Source: Bacteroidales bacterium
GTDB lineage: Bacteria > Bacteroidota > Bacteroidia > Bacteroidales > JBDKHP01
Reading direction: 5' to 3'
DNA length: 64,000 nucleotides
Assembly: GCA_965230435.1 (NCBI GenBank)
Contig: CBDDLB010000002.1
Location: 2,326,706 to 2,390,705 of the forward strand
Positions 25,836 through 34,336 of the stretch are shown here, one piece after another. Each line of letters begins with the position of its first letter. Position 1 is the stretch's first letter. The translations under genes were made by a program, and so were the position numbers. The notes below the pieces were generated by a model. It did no database searches. It had not been told where the DNA came from and was given only the letters and a program-made list of their open reading frames with translations.

Positions 25836-26975
25836 TTAATAAATATGGTTCCCTTGATTTAGTTCTTTGTCGTCCATCGGTTTGCTGTTAATCGCACGCC
25901 AGACGTATACTATGTATGCTATTACGAACGGCACCAACAGGGACACATAGCTCATTGCTGTGAGCGTGTAATGGCTCGACGATGCGTTTTCTATTGTCAA
26001 CGAACTTTGTAAGTCGTAAGTAGATGGATAGAATGCGGTGTTGTTGTATCCCAAGGCCAGAAGCAGTGCAAGTACGGTAAATACTGTGCCAAGACCTGAG
26101 AACCAAAAGCTGGAACGTCCGTGCTTCTCGGCATTGACTACAACACGGTATATCCCGAAAAGAACCCCAATCACTCCTACCAGCAACAAAACCAATACTA
26201 GTGGCATTGCAATGAAGTTGTGCAGGTATTTGTATCGCTCCATAAATACTTCTTTTGTTGTAGGATTCACAGCAAAACCATCGCGGAGCAATAGCCAGAT
26301 AAGCCATGCAAGAAAAAACACCAGAAAAGGAACGGCGTTTACCATAACCTGTTTCTTTGCCCTTGCGAAAACCTCGTTGTTGCGAATGTGGTTCATGAAA
26401 TACATTGCTCCTAGTACTCTGGCCAAGAAAAAGACTGCAAGGCCAAGAAATACATTCTGGATGCACAGAACGGCTTCGAGTCCGCGCAGGCTTCCTTTCC
26501 ATGTTGAGAAGTTCATTTCGTTGATGGAAAATTCGGAGCCTGTGAACATTGTGCTTACTGCTGTTCCCAGAAGTATAGTCCCTAAGGCTCCATTGATGAA
26601 AAGGAAAATTTCGAAAACTCGCTGTCCTAAGAAATTATCGGGCTTTGTGCGGTACTCGTAAGAAACTGCCTGTATTACGAAGGCAAACAGTATGAGCATC
26701 CACACCCAATATGCTCCTCCGAAACTGGTTGCATAAAACAGAGGGAAGGAAGCAAAGAATGCGCCCCCAAATGTTACCAGTGTCGTAAAGGTAAGCTCCC
26801 ATTTTCTACCTAGTGCGTTTACTATGAAGGAACGCTCTTTTTCTGTTTTTCCTATTGTGTAAATGAGTGTCTGGCCTCCTTGGACAAACATTAAAAAGAT
26901 AAGTATTGCTGCCAGTAGTGATACTATGAACCACCAGTATTGTTGTAGGCTTAATAATTCTAGTGTCTCGAACAT
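25836..26975 (-). CDS. cydB: Cytochrome bd ubiquinol/menaquinol oxidase subunit II
   Basis: 379 aa, polytopic, beginning MFETLELLSLQQYWWFIVSLL. Lies downstream of cydA. Confidence 0.95.
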   Translation of the reverse strand: MFETLELLSLQQYWWFIVSLLAAILIFLMFVQGGQTLIYTIGKTEKERSFIVNALGRKWELTFTTLVTFGGAFFASFPLFYATSFGGAYWVWMLILFAFVIQAVSYEYRTKPDNFLGQRVFEIFLFINGALGTILLGTAVSTMFTGSEFSINEMNFSTWKGSLRGLEAVLCIQNVFLGLAVFFLARVLGAMYFMNHIRNNEVFARAKKQVMVNAVPFLVFFLAWLIWLLLRDGFAVNPTTKEVFMERYKYLHNFIAMPLVLVLLLVGVIGVLFGIYRVVVNAEKHGRSSFWFSGLGTVFTVLALLLALGYNNTAFYPSTYDLQSSLTIENASSSHYTLTAMSYVSLLVPFVIAYIVYVWRAINSKPMDDKELNQGNHIY

Positions 26976-27167
26976 ATTAAGTACTTTGTTATGTTTATTT
27001 TACATCGTAAATAAAAATCAACAGTTCATTTAGGCATATCAAAAAAAATTACATGGTAAACTATACCAATCTGTAATTTTGTTGACGATAGCAGGTTTAT
27101 TTTTCTTGATCTCCTTTTTTCTTGAAAAAAAAGGAGCAAAAATTCAAGGCTCCAATCTTTTTTTAAC

Positions 27168-27262
27168 GCTGAAAATCCTGCCGAAAGACTAAACGAAAAT
27201 AACTCGCCCTTCGGGACTCAAACAGATTTTCGTTCTTAACGCCTTTCGGCAGGCTTTTCAGC
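27168..27262. repeat. 95-nt imperfect palindrome capped by CCC-UUCG-GGG, inside the cydA-cydB spacer
   Basis: GCTGAAAATCCTGCCGAAAG...ACGAAAAT on the left pairs with AGATTTTCGT...CTTTCGGCAGGCTTTTCAGC on the right. The central sequence is cgcccttcggg. Confidence 0.75.
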
Positions 27263-27325
27263 TAAAAAGATTAAGGCCCAAGGCTGACGCCAGCTCGCTG
27301 ATAATGAAATATTGATCGAGTAAGC

Positions 27326-28876
27326 TTACTTCTCTCCTATCTGTTTTGGTCCTATTCCTATCTGTTTGAACATAATGCGCAGCTCGGCAATGAAAAGCAC
27401 AATGAATGTGACTGCGAACAACCAGAAGGTGGTTTGAACGGTTCCTGTGTCTACTTGCGAAACTGCGCTGAGTGTTGGCATAAGATCTTGTATCACCCAC
27501 GGTTGGCGGCCAACTTCTGCCACTATCCAACCTGCCTGACTTGCAACGTAGGCCAGTGGAATTGTGAGAACGGCTACGCGAAGAATCCACCTGTGTTTTT
27601 GTAGCCTTTTCTTGTAAGCAAGGTAGAGCATTACCATGAACAGGATTGTAAAATGCATCCCCAGCCCTACCATTATGTGAAATGAATAGAAGGTTAGTGG
27701 AACTGGTGGAACCAATTCGTGAGGATCGCGTCCATGGTAGTAGCCGTAGCCAAAGTGCTCGAAATTTGCACGGAGTACTTTCAGCGATTCATCGGCCTTT
27801 TCTTGATTGCCTTCTTTTTTGTATTTCTTGTAATCTTTTAAGGCTAAAATGGCTGTACGACCTTTTGCTATGCGTTCTTTGTAGCTCATTATCCCCCGTT
27901 CCTCATTGCCTTGAATCAGGTCTTTTACACCTGGGATATAGGCGTTCGGGTCGAGATAGGTCATCCATGAAAGTAGATCGGGAATCTGCAGTTCGAATAT
28001 AAACTCGTGTTCTTCTTTTATGTCGCCGTTCTCTTTCTTTTGCAAGGCTCCCATTAGCACAAGCGGGGCATGTGTCTGTCCCTCGTAAAGGGCTTCCATT
28101 GCTGCGAATTTCATAGGCTGTGTGCGTGCTACGCGCCGTGCTGATTCGTCGCCAGAGATGATCAGGTAGATAGATGTTATGAAACCGAAAACTCCTGCTA
28201 CTATGATACTGCGCTTGGCCAGTACTACTTCGCGGTTTTTCAGAAGGTACCACGCACTGATCCCAATCACGAAAACAGCGGCAAGCACATATCCTGAAGA
28301 AATGGTGTGCAGGAATTTATTGATTGCTGTTGGCGAAAAGAGTACTTCCCAGAAGTTGGTCATTTCGTTGCGCGCCGTATCTGGATTGAAGGTTACGCCA
28401 ACTGGATCCTGCATCCAACCATTGGCTACCAAAATCCAAAGTGCCGATAGGTTTGAACCTAACGCCACAAGCCATGTAGATAGCAAGTGAAAGCGTTTGC
28501 TTACCTTGTCCCAGCCGAAAAACATAACGGCAATGAACGTGGATTCCATGAAGAAGGCCATGATTCCTTCTACTGCCAGCGGCGCTCCGAAAATATCGCC
28601 TACGAACCATGAATAGTTGGACCAATTGGTTCCGAACTCGAACTCTAGAATGATACCTGTGGCAACACCAATGGCGAAATTGATACCGAAGAGTGTTGAC
28701 CAAAATTTTGTGATCTGTTTCCATTTTTCGTCACCCGTGCTCACATAAAAAGTCTCCATTATTGCAATAATGAATGTGATGCCAAGGGTGAGCGGTACAA
28801 AAATCCAGTGAAACATGGCCGTGAGTGCGAATTGTGCCCGCGACCAGTCTACTAAGCTTATATCGATTTGCTCCAT
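27326..28876 (-). CDS. cydA: Cytochrome bd oxidase subunit I
   Basis: 516 aa. Contains MEQIDISLVDWSRAQFALTAMFHWIFVPLTLG and GRQPWVIQDLMPT (Q-loop/C-terminal signature). Confidence 0.95.
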   Translation of the reverse strand: MEQIDISLVDWSRAQFALTAMFHWIFVPLTLGITFIIAIMETFYVSTGDEKWKQITKFWSTLFGINFAIGVATGIILEFEFGTNWSNYSWFVGDIFGAPLAVEGIMAFFMESTFIAVMFFGWDKVSKRFHLLSTWLVALGSNLSALWILVANGWMQDPVGVTFNPDTARNEMTNFWEVLFSPTAINKFLHTISSGYVLAAVFVIGISAWYLLKNREVVLAKRSIIVAGVFGFITSIYLIISGDESARRVARTQPMKFAAMEALYEGQTHAPLVLMGALQKKENGDIKEEHEFIFELQIPDLLSWMTYLDPNAYIPGVKDLIQGNEERGIMSYKERIAKGRTAILALKDYKKYKKEGNQEKADESLKVLRANFEHFGYGYYHGRDPHELVPPVPLTFYSFHIMVGLGMHFTILFMVMLYLAYKKRLQKHRWILRVAVLTIPLAYVASQAGWIVAEVGRQPWVIQDLMPTLSAVSQVDTGTVQTTFWLFAVTFIVLFIAELRIMFKQIGIGPKQIGEK

Positions 28877-28880
28877 TTAA

Positions 28881-29093
28881 TTATTCGATGTTTGTTAGAT
28901 TGTTAATTACATGCTCGCTTCTAGCTTTATCCGAGTCGAAATTTTCTTTTAGATGATTCTCGAAGAAGAAATACTTGAAAACGCCAAACATTATAAACAG
29001 TTTGAGCAGGATGATTGCCCAAAGCTGGCGTCCTACTTTCATATTTCGAAAGCCATCGTAGTATAGATAGAAGATGCGCTTTAGTATATTCAT
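28881..29093 (-). CDS. DUF4492-like small membrane protein preceding cydA
   Basis: 70 aa with one TM, 4 nt upstream of cydA. This position and size are typical of Bacteroidota cyd operons. Confidence 0.7.
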   Translation of the reverse strand: MNILKRIFYLYYDGFRNMKVGRQLWAIILLKLFIMFGVFKYFFFENHLKENFDSDKARSEHVINNLTNIE

Positions 29094-29474
29094 TTCCTAT
29101 TGTTAATTATTTAACAAATAAATAGTCAAAAAAAACCGTCTGAGGCAATCGCCAGTTTGCTTAGTCCCAGTTGGTCTATGTGTAAAACCATTTCTCACAA
29201 AAACACAACAAGCTTATATTCAGCTCATTTCGCCTTTATTGAGAATATGATTATTGCGGTTCAAAACTAAATAAAAGATTTAATCATCCAAATACTCATT
29301 TTTTCAATCTTCAATCGCTGTTTGGGCATTATAATTTACGGGTAAGATGTTTTAAATTGGCCGTAATTCAAAATTTGAATTATCGACTAACAATGCCTCG
29401 TTGAGATGAACCACAACGACTTTTTACTATCTGATAACCAACAAAATAACTCACTTCAATAAAATCTAAATATC

Positions 29475-30239
29475 ATGAATGGATTTAAACAATTTAGCTT
29501 GAGCTTTGGCAAGTACTTTCAGGCAATAGGATTTATCAACCGAAATGGAATGGCTTGGTTTTATATTTTTCCTGTTTTATTTAGCGTACTGCTATTTTTC
29601 CTAGGTATAACTGCTACTTCCGAATTGGCCGATCAGGTGAAAGTATGGATAGGTCTGGACACAATGGATCTCCCTAGCTGGGTAATGTGGAGCATTAATG
29701 TTATTTTCTGGATTATGTTCCTTATCTTCTTTGCTTTCTTCTCTGGTTTTATCATACTTATTCTTATGTCGCCTGTGATTGCTTATGTGGCTGAGAAAAC
29801 TGCCGACATACTTGAAGGTCAAGGAAGTGGTCAGGGTGGTTTTGCTGACTTTTTTAAAAACCTCTGGCGAGGAATTTCACTTTCGCTGATTAATATGGCT
29901 TATGAGATTTTCTTTTCTATTCTCTTCTTTTTTATTGGGCTAGTGCCTGTGATTGGTTGGTTTGTGGCTCCTGTGGGGATGTTTTTCGTTTCTTCGTATT
30001 TCTTTGGCTTTGCTTTTATCGATTACATGAATGAGCGTGCCCGCCGTAACGTGAAGGAAAGCCGGGCTTGGGTCTACAAACACAAAGGTCTAGCACTGGG
30101 CAGTGGCATGCCTTATGGTCTGGTGATGATGATTCCTTTCTTTGGGACTATTATCGGTTGTTTTTTGTGCATTGTTGGGGCTGTGGCTGGTAGTATGAGT
30201 ATGCATGAGTATCGGGTAGCTGTTGAGGAAAAGTATTGA
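29475..30239 (+). CDS. Polytopic membrane protein, EI24/CysZ-like
   Basis: 254 aa with 4-5 TM segments. The family call rests on overall resemblance only. Confidence 0.5.
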   Translation: MNGFKQFSLSFGKYFQAIGFINRNGMAWFYIFPVLFSVLLFFLGITATSELADQVKVWIGLDTMDLPSWVMWSINVIFWIMFLIFFAFFSGFIILILMSPVIAYVAEKTADILEGQGSGQGGFADFFKNLWRGISLSLINMAYEIFFSILFFFIGLVPVIGWFVAPVGMFFVSSYFFGFAFIDYMNERARRNVKESRAWVYKHKGLALGSGMPYGLVMMIPFFGTIIGCFLCIVGAVAGSMSMHEYRVAVEEKY

Positions 30240-30438
30240 TTTGTTTTTTCTTGGTTTGACTTTCCGAGGCATTCTGAGCTTTGGAAAGTTTCTTTTCTTT
30301 TGATATGTACTAGCTCTATTTAATGCCAAAACTGTTATTCTAATATCACTGCTTAATGACATATCCCTAAGACCGAATTACATTTGTGCATCTCATACAA
30401 TTAAAAGTCTAACATACACTTAATTTTATTTGTAATTG

Positions 30439-30446
30439 TAACTTTG
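30439..30446 (+). promoter_or_regulatory. Candidate -7 box (TAACTTTG) upstream of the LRR gene
   Basis: TAnnTTTG match 79 nt upstream of ATG 30525. Confidence 0.3.
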
Positions 30447-30524
30447 CTACCTGTTTAAACGTTTTCAATTGATATTCGAAATCTAAATGGATCAATCTCT
30501 GAAAACAAAATAGCAAGCAATTTT

Positions 30525-33500
30525 ATGAAAAAACAATTACTTCTCTTTTCAATCTTTTTCATGGCCATAATTGGCCTAAAAGCACAAACTTATAATCAGT
30601 ACGAAGTTGATAAGCTTAAAGCATTTTTTGCCCAGCCTTCGGCCATTGAAGGTAAGAATAATGGCGAAGCGCTAGACATTTCTAGCCTTAACAATCCTGC
30701 GAGCTGGAATGGAGTTATCTGGCAGGATGATGTAAATGAAAACAAGAGAGTTGAAACTATAAGCTGGGCAGGTGATTATGACGCTCCAAAAATAGCTGGC
30801 AATTTAGACTTGAACAACTTCAGTTCTTTAGTTCGACTAACTTGTAACTACAATAAAATTAATAATATAGACATAACTGAGAATACACAATTAACGAACC
30901 TAAATTGCTCATATAATCAACTTAACAACATTGACATAACTGAGAATACACAATTAACTGATCTGAATTGCTCATATAATCAACTTAACAGCATTGACAT
31001 AACTGAGAATACACAATTAACTGATCTGAATTGTTCATATAATCAGCTCAATAGCCTTAATTTTTCTAAGAACCACCGATTGACTCGTCTAGACTGCTCG
31101 TACAACCAACTCAAGAATATTGACCTTAGCTCAAACACTCTACTGGTTAGCCTAGCCTGTAGCTCAAACCTAATTACTAATCTAAATACAACAAAACACT
31201 CTCAACTCTCAATCTTGATATGCTCTGACAATCAAATTGAAAAATTAGATCTATCTGAAAATCTAGAGTTAGATTATTTATCCTGCGAAACTAATCAACT
31301 AAAAAAACTTGATGTAACAAAAAACACTAAACTAACTATTTTGTATTGTTGCAACAACTATATAAAAAAACTAGAGATAGCCTCTAACATTCTTTTAACT
31401 CAGTTATGGTGTTCAAATAATCAGCTTAACAGTTTAGATGTGGCAACACACACACAGTTAGTTAATTTTGATTGCAGCGAAAATCTCCTGACTAATATAG
31501 ATGTAACAAAAAACACACAGCTAATTGACTTTAATTGTGGCGAAAACCTCCTGACTAATATAGATATAACAAAAAACAAAAAACTAACTTGGTTATCTTG
31601 TGACAACAATAAAATCACCAATTTAGATATATCCACAAACAAACAGTTAACAAACCTAGACTGCTCTAATAATCAGCTTAGCAGTATGGACGTAAAAGAG
31701 AATACAGAACTTAAATATTTTTACTGTGACAATAATCTATTGAATAACCTAAATACAACTACCAATGAACAGCTAATTGAATTCTACTGCAACAACAATT
31801 ATATCAAGGAACTAAATGTAACAAAAAATACAAGTTTACGCTCTCTAATCTGCTATAGCAACCAAATCAGTAATTTAAACCTGACGATGAATCACAAAAT
31901 GGACTTTTTATATTGTGATAGCAATCGGATTAGCAGTTTGGATGTAACTGAAAATGAAAAATTGTATCGGCTGTCTTGCAATTATAATCAAATAAGCAGT
32001 CTACATTTAATAAACAACACTCAACTTGCCAGTTTATCCTGCAATAATAATCAACTCTCAAATTTGGATTTAACCAAAAATAAATCTTTACTCTATTTAC
32101 GCTGCTCCAATAACAAACTTACCCATTTAGATTTAGAAGAAAATACACAATTAACCTTTTTGGTATGCGATGATAACGAATTGAGCGAACTGGATATATC
32201 AAACCATAAACAACTTGAAACCCTCTCATTCTCTCGCAATCAAGTAAATAACATTAATTTGATAAAAAAAGAACGACTTACATACTTGCGGTGTTCCGAC
32301 AATCATCTCAAAAACTTAGAATTGGTAGAGAATAAACAATTAACATACTTGATATGTGACAGCAACCAAATTGAACAACTTGATATTTTACACAACAAGC
32401 AGCTCAATACATTATCGTGCTCAAGCAATAATCTGACTAACTTAAACTTAACTAAAAACAAACAACTCCAATACGTTAACTGCTCTCACAATCTGCTAGA
32501 GAATTTAGATGTTACGGAAAACATACACCTAAACTATTTTTATTGCCATAGCAATCGAATTAACGATCTAAGTATTGAGAATAACACAGAACTCACGCAT
32601 TTTTGGTGTTCAGACAATCAACTCCACAATCTAGATTTTACTCATAATACGCATTTAATCAATTTAAACTGTACTAACAACCATCTTCAGTTTAGCCAAT
32701 TGACTTCAATTAAAAACATTCCAGAATGTGAATATTCACCTCAAATTCTTATTCTAGGCGAAGAGATTAATGGTAGTTATTTTTTACGAGTTGGTAGTCC
32801 AATCGATTTAAATACTGAGAAGAATGTTGAAGGCCATCAAAGTTCTATCGTTTGGAAAGATAAAGACGGAAAAGTCATAACTCCATCCACCAACAATAGT
32901 TGGATTTTTACTTTTGATGAATCATTAGCTGGGGTACAAATATATTGTGAGTTAACCAATCCATTATTTCCAGATCTTACTCCTTTGAAATCGAACACTT
33001 TTACAATTAGCGAAGGTTTCTTGATACTTAAAGATCTAGAGTTCGAAATAGATGAAAATACATCCGAAAAAACGGTAGTTGGCACATTAGTGGTTACTAA
33101 TCTGGAACAGAATGCTTTGACTTTCGCAATAGAAAGTGGCAATACTAACGGTGCATTCTCAATAGACACAAACACAGGCGAAATAAAAGTAAATGATGCA
33201 GCACTTCTAGATTATGAAACGGCACAGCAGCATACACTGACCGTAAAAGCCTCCGATGGAACAAACGAAAGTACTGCCACTGTGACCATAAAAGTGAACA
33301 ATGTCAATGAAGCCCCAGAATTTTCTGATATGGAATTCGAAATTGATGAAAATGCATCCAAAGAAACAGTTCTCGGCCAGTTAACAGCAACAGATCCAGA
33401 ACAGGATGCTCTAACTTTCACAATCGAAAGTGGAAACAGCAACAGTGCTTTCACAATTAACAAAACTACAGGAGAACTAAAGGTAAATAACACAAACGCC

Positions 33501-33869
33501 CTAGACTTCGAAACGACACCGGAATTCCAGCTTTTGGTTAGTGCTTCGGATGGAGAAAACGCAGAGGAAGCGATAGTAACAGTTAAATTGAATGACCTAA
33601 ATGAAGTCACATCTATCAGAGATTTAGCAGCACAAGGCATCCATGTCTACCCAATTCCTGCTGATTCTTGGATCAATGTGAAATTCGACAACCCTAATGT
33701 TCCGTTTAACCGTTATGAGATTATTGATTTCAACGGGAAACGGATTTCATCTGGCCAGATTCAGGGAAGCAAAACTGAGATTGATGTGAACGGAATGCGC
33801 GAGGGATTGTATTTTATCCAACTACAAGGAAAAGGCCGCACCGAAACAGTTAAGTTTAGTGTAAAATAA
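30525..33869 (+). CDS. Surface protein: ~35 leucine-rich repeats, two cadherin-like domains, T9SS C-terminal sorting domain
   Basis: Signal peptide, then 21-23-aa LRR units (LDxSxNxxLTxLxCxxNQLxxL). Cadherin-like blocks end in NNVNEAP and LNDLNE. The C-terminus YPIPADSWINV...GLYFIQLQGKGRTETVKFSVK fits a T9SS type-A CTD. Confidence 0.85.
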   Translation: MKKQLLLFSIFFMAIIGLKAQTYNQYEVDKLKAFFAQPSAIEGKNNGEALDISSLNNPASWNGVIWQDDVNENKRVETISWAGDYDAPKIAGNLDLNNFSSLVRLTCNYNKINNIDITENTQLTNLNCSYNQLNNIDITENTQLTDLNCSYNQLNSIDITENTQLTDLNCSYNQLNSLNFSKNHRLTRLDCSYNQLKNIDLSSNTLLVSLACSSNLITNLNTTKHSQLSILICSDNQIEKLDLSENLELDYLSCETNQLKKLDVTKNTKLTILYCCNNYIKKLEIASNILLTQLWCSNNQLNSLDVATHTQLVNFDCSENLLTNIDVTKNTQLIDFNCGENLLTNIDITKNKKLTWLSCDNNKITNLDISTNKQLTNLDCSNNQLSSMDVKENTELKYFYCDNNLLNNLNTTTNEQLIEFYCNNNYIKELNVTKNTSLRSLICYSNQISNLNLTMNHKMDFLYCDSNRISSLDVTENEKLYRLSCNYNQISSLHLINNTQLASLSCNNNQLSNLDLTKNKSLLYLRCSNNKLTHLDLEENTQLTFLVCDDNELSELDISNHKQLETLSFSRNQVNNINLIKKERLTYLRCSDNHLKNLELVENKQLTYLICDSNQIEQLDILHNKQLNTLSCSSNNLTNLNLTKNKQLQYVNCSHNLLENLDVTENIHLNYFYCHSNRINDLSIENNTELTHFWCSDNQLHNLDFTHNTHLINLNCTNNHLQFSQLTSIKNIPECEYSPQILILGEEINGSYFLRVGSPIDLNTEKNVEGHQSSIVWKDKDGKVITPSTNNSWIFTFDESLAGVQIYCELTNPLFPDLTPLKSNTFTISEGFLILKDLEFEIDENTSEKTVVGTLVVTNLEQNALTFAIESGNTNGAFSIDTNTGEIKVNDAALLDYETAQQHTLTVKASDGTNESTATVTIKVNNVNEAPEFSDMEFEIDENASKETVLGQLTATDPEQDALTFTIESGNSNSAFTINKTTGELKVNNTNALDFETTPEFQLLVSASDGENAEEAIVTVKLNDLNEVTSIRDLAAQGIHVYPIPADSWINVKFDNPNVPFNRYEIIDFNGKRISSGQIQGSKTEIDVNGMREGLYFIQLQGKGRTETVKFSVK
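30870..31058 (+). repeat. Three near-identical 63-bp tandem units inside the LRR gene
   Basis: The units 30870-30932, 30933-30995 and 30996-31058 differ at only a few positions. Each encodes IDITENTQLT(N/D)LNCSYNQLN(N/S). Confidence 0.9.
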
Positions 33870-33930
33870 AACATCAGGTTAGACATATCAACAAGGCTTC
33901 CTTCTAATTACAGGAAGCTTTATCTTGGAA

Positions 33931-33975
33931 AAGGCTATGAGAAAAGTGATTTGCTTTTCGCATAGCCTTTTTTAT
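33931..33975 (+). terminator. Rho-independent terminator after the LRR gene
   Basis: AAGGCTATG (33931-33939) pairs with CATAGCCTT (33961-33969) and is followed by a T-run. Confidence 0.6.
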
Positions 33976-34336
33976 GAAAGGAAATTTATTAATTAGTCTG
34001 TTTCTGACAAACACCTTCTTTTTACACTGATAATCAACACTATCATTTTTACTGCGCAGAGCAAATCAAAATAAATAGATCAGAGATTTGAACTAAAAAC
34101 CCGTCATACATTTCGCTCGCAAAAATTCAACACTTCGAAGTGTCCCACCTCCGCTCTGTAACTTTTACCGATTGCTCCCCCTCTTACAGTTCCAGTTTCA
34201 AATAAGCATTGAGGTACTACGGTGAGAAAATCACAAAAGCAAACTACCAATTCTCGCATAATGATCGTCACCCTTAGTGCAAAGCAAACTGCGAAGGTTT
34301 CTAGCTTATTCTTTATCACACACAAAATCGCAACAA

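Noticed and set aside
25888-26661. 204-aa minus-strand and 207-aa plus-strand ORFs overlapping cydB
   Set aside because: They are alternative-frame or antisense ORFs inside cydB. Their Arg/Ser/Cys-rich composition is typical of off-frame translation of a membrane-protein gene.
30861-32700. Highly regular ~63-69-bp periodic repeats that could superficially suggest a CRISPR-like array
   Set aside because: The periodicity is in-frame LRR coding sequence within one long ORF, with no unique spacers. The heptamer tract at 25332-25378 likewise has no spacers. No CRISPR array is present.
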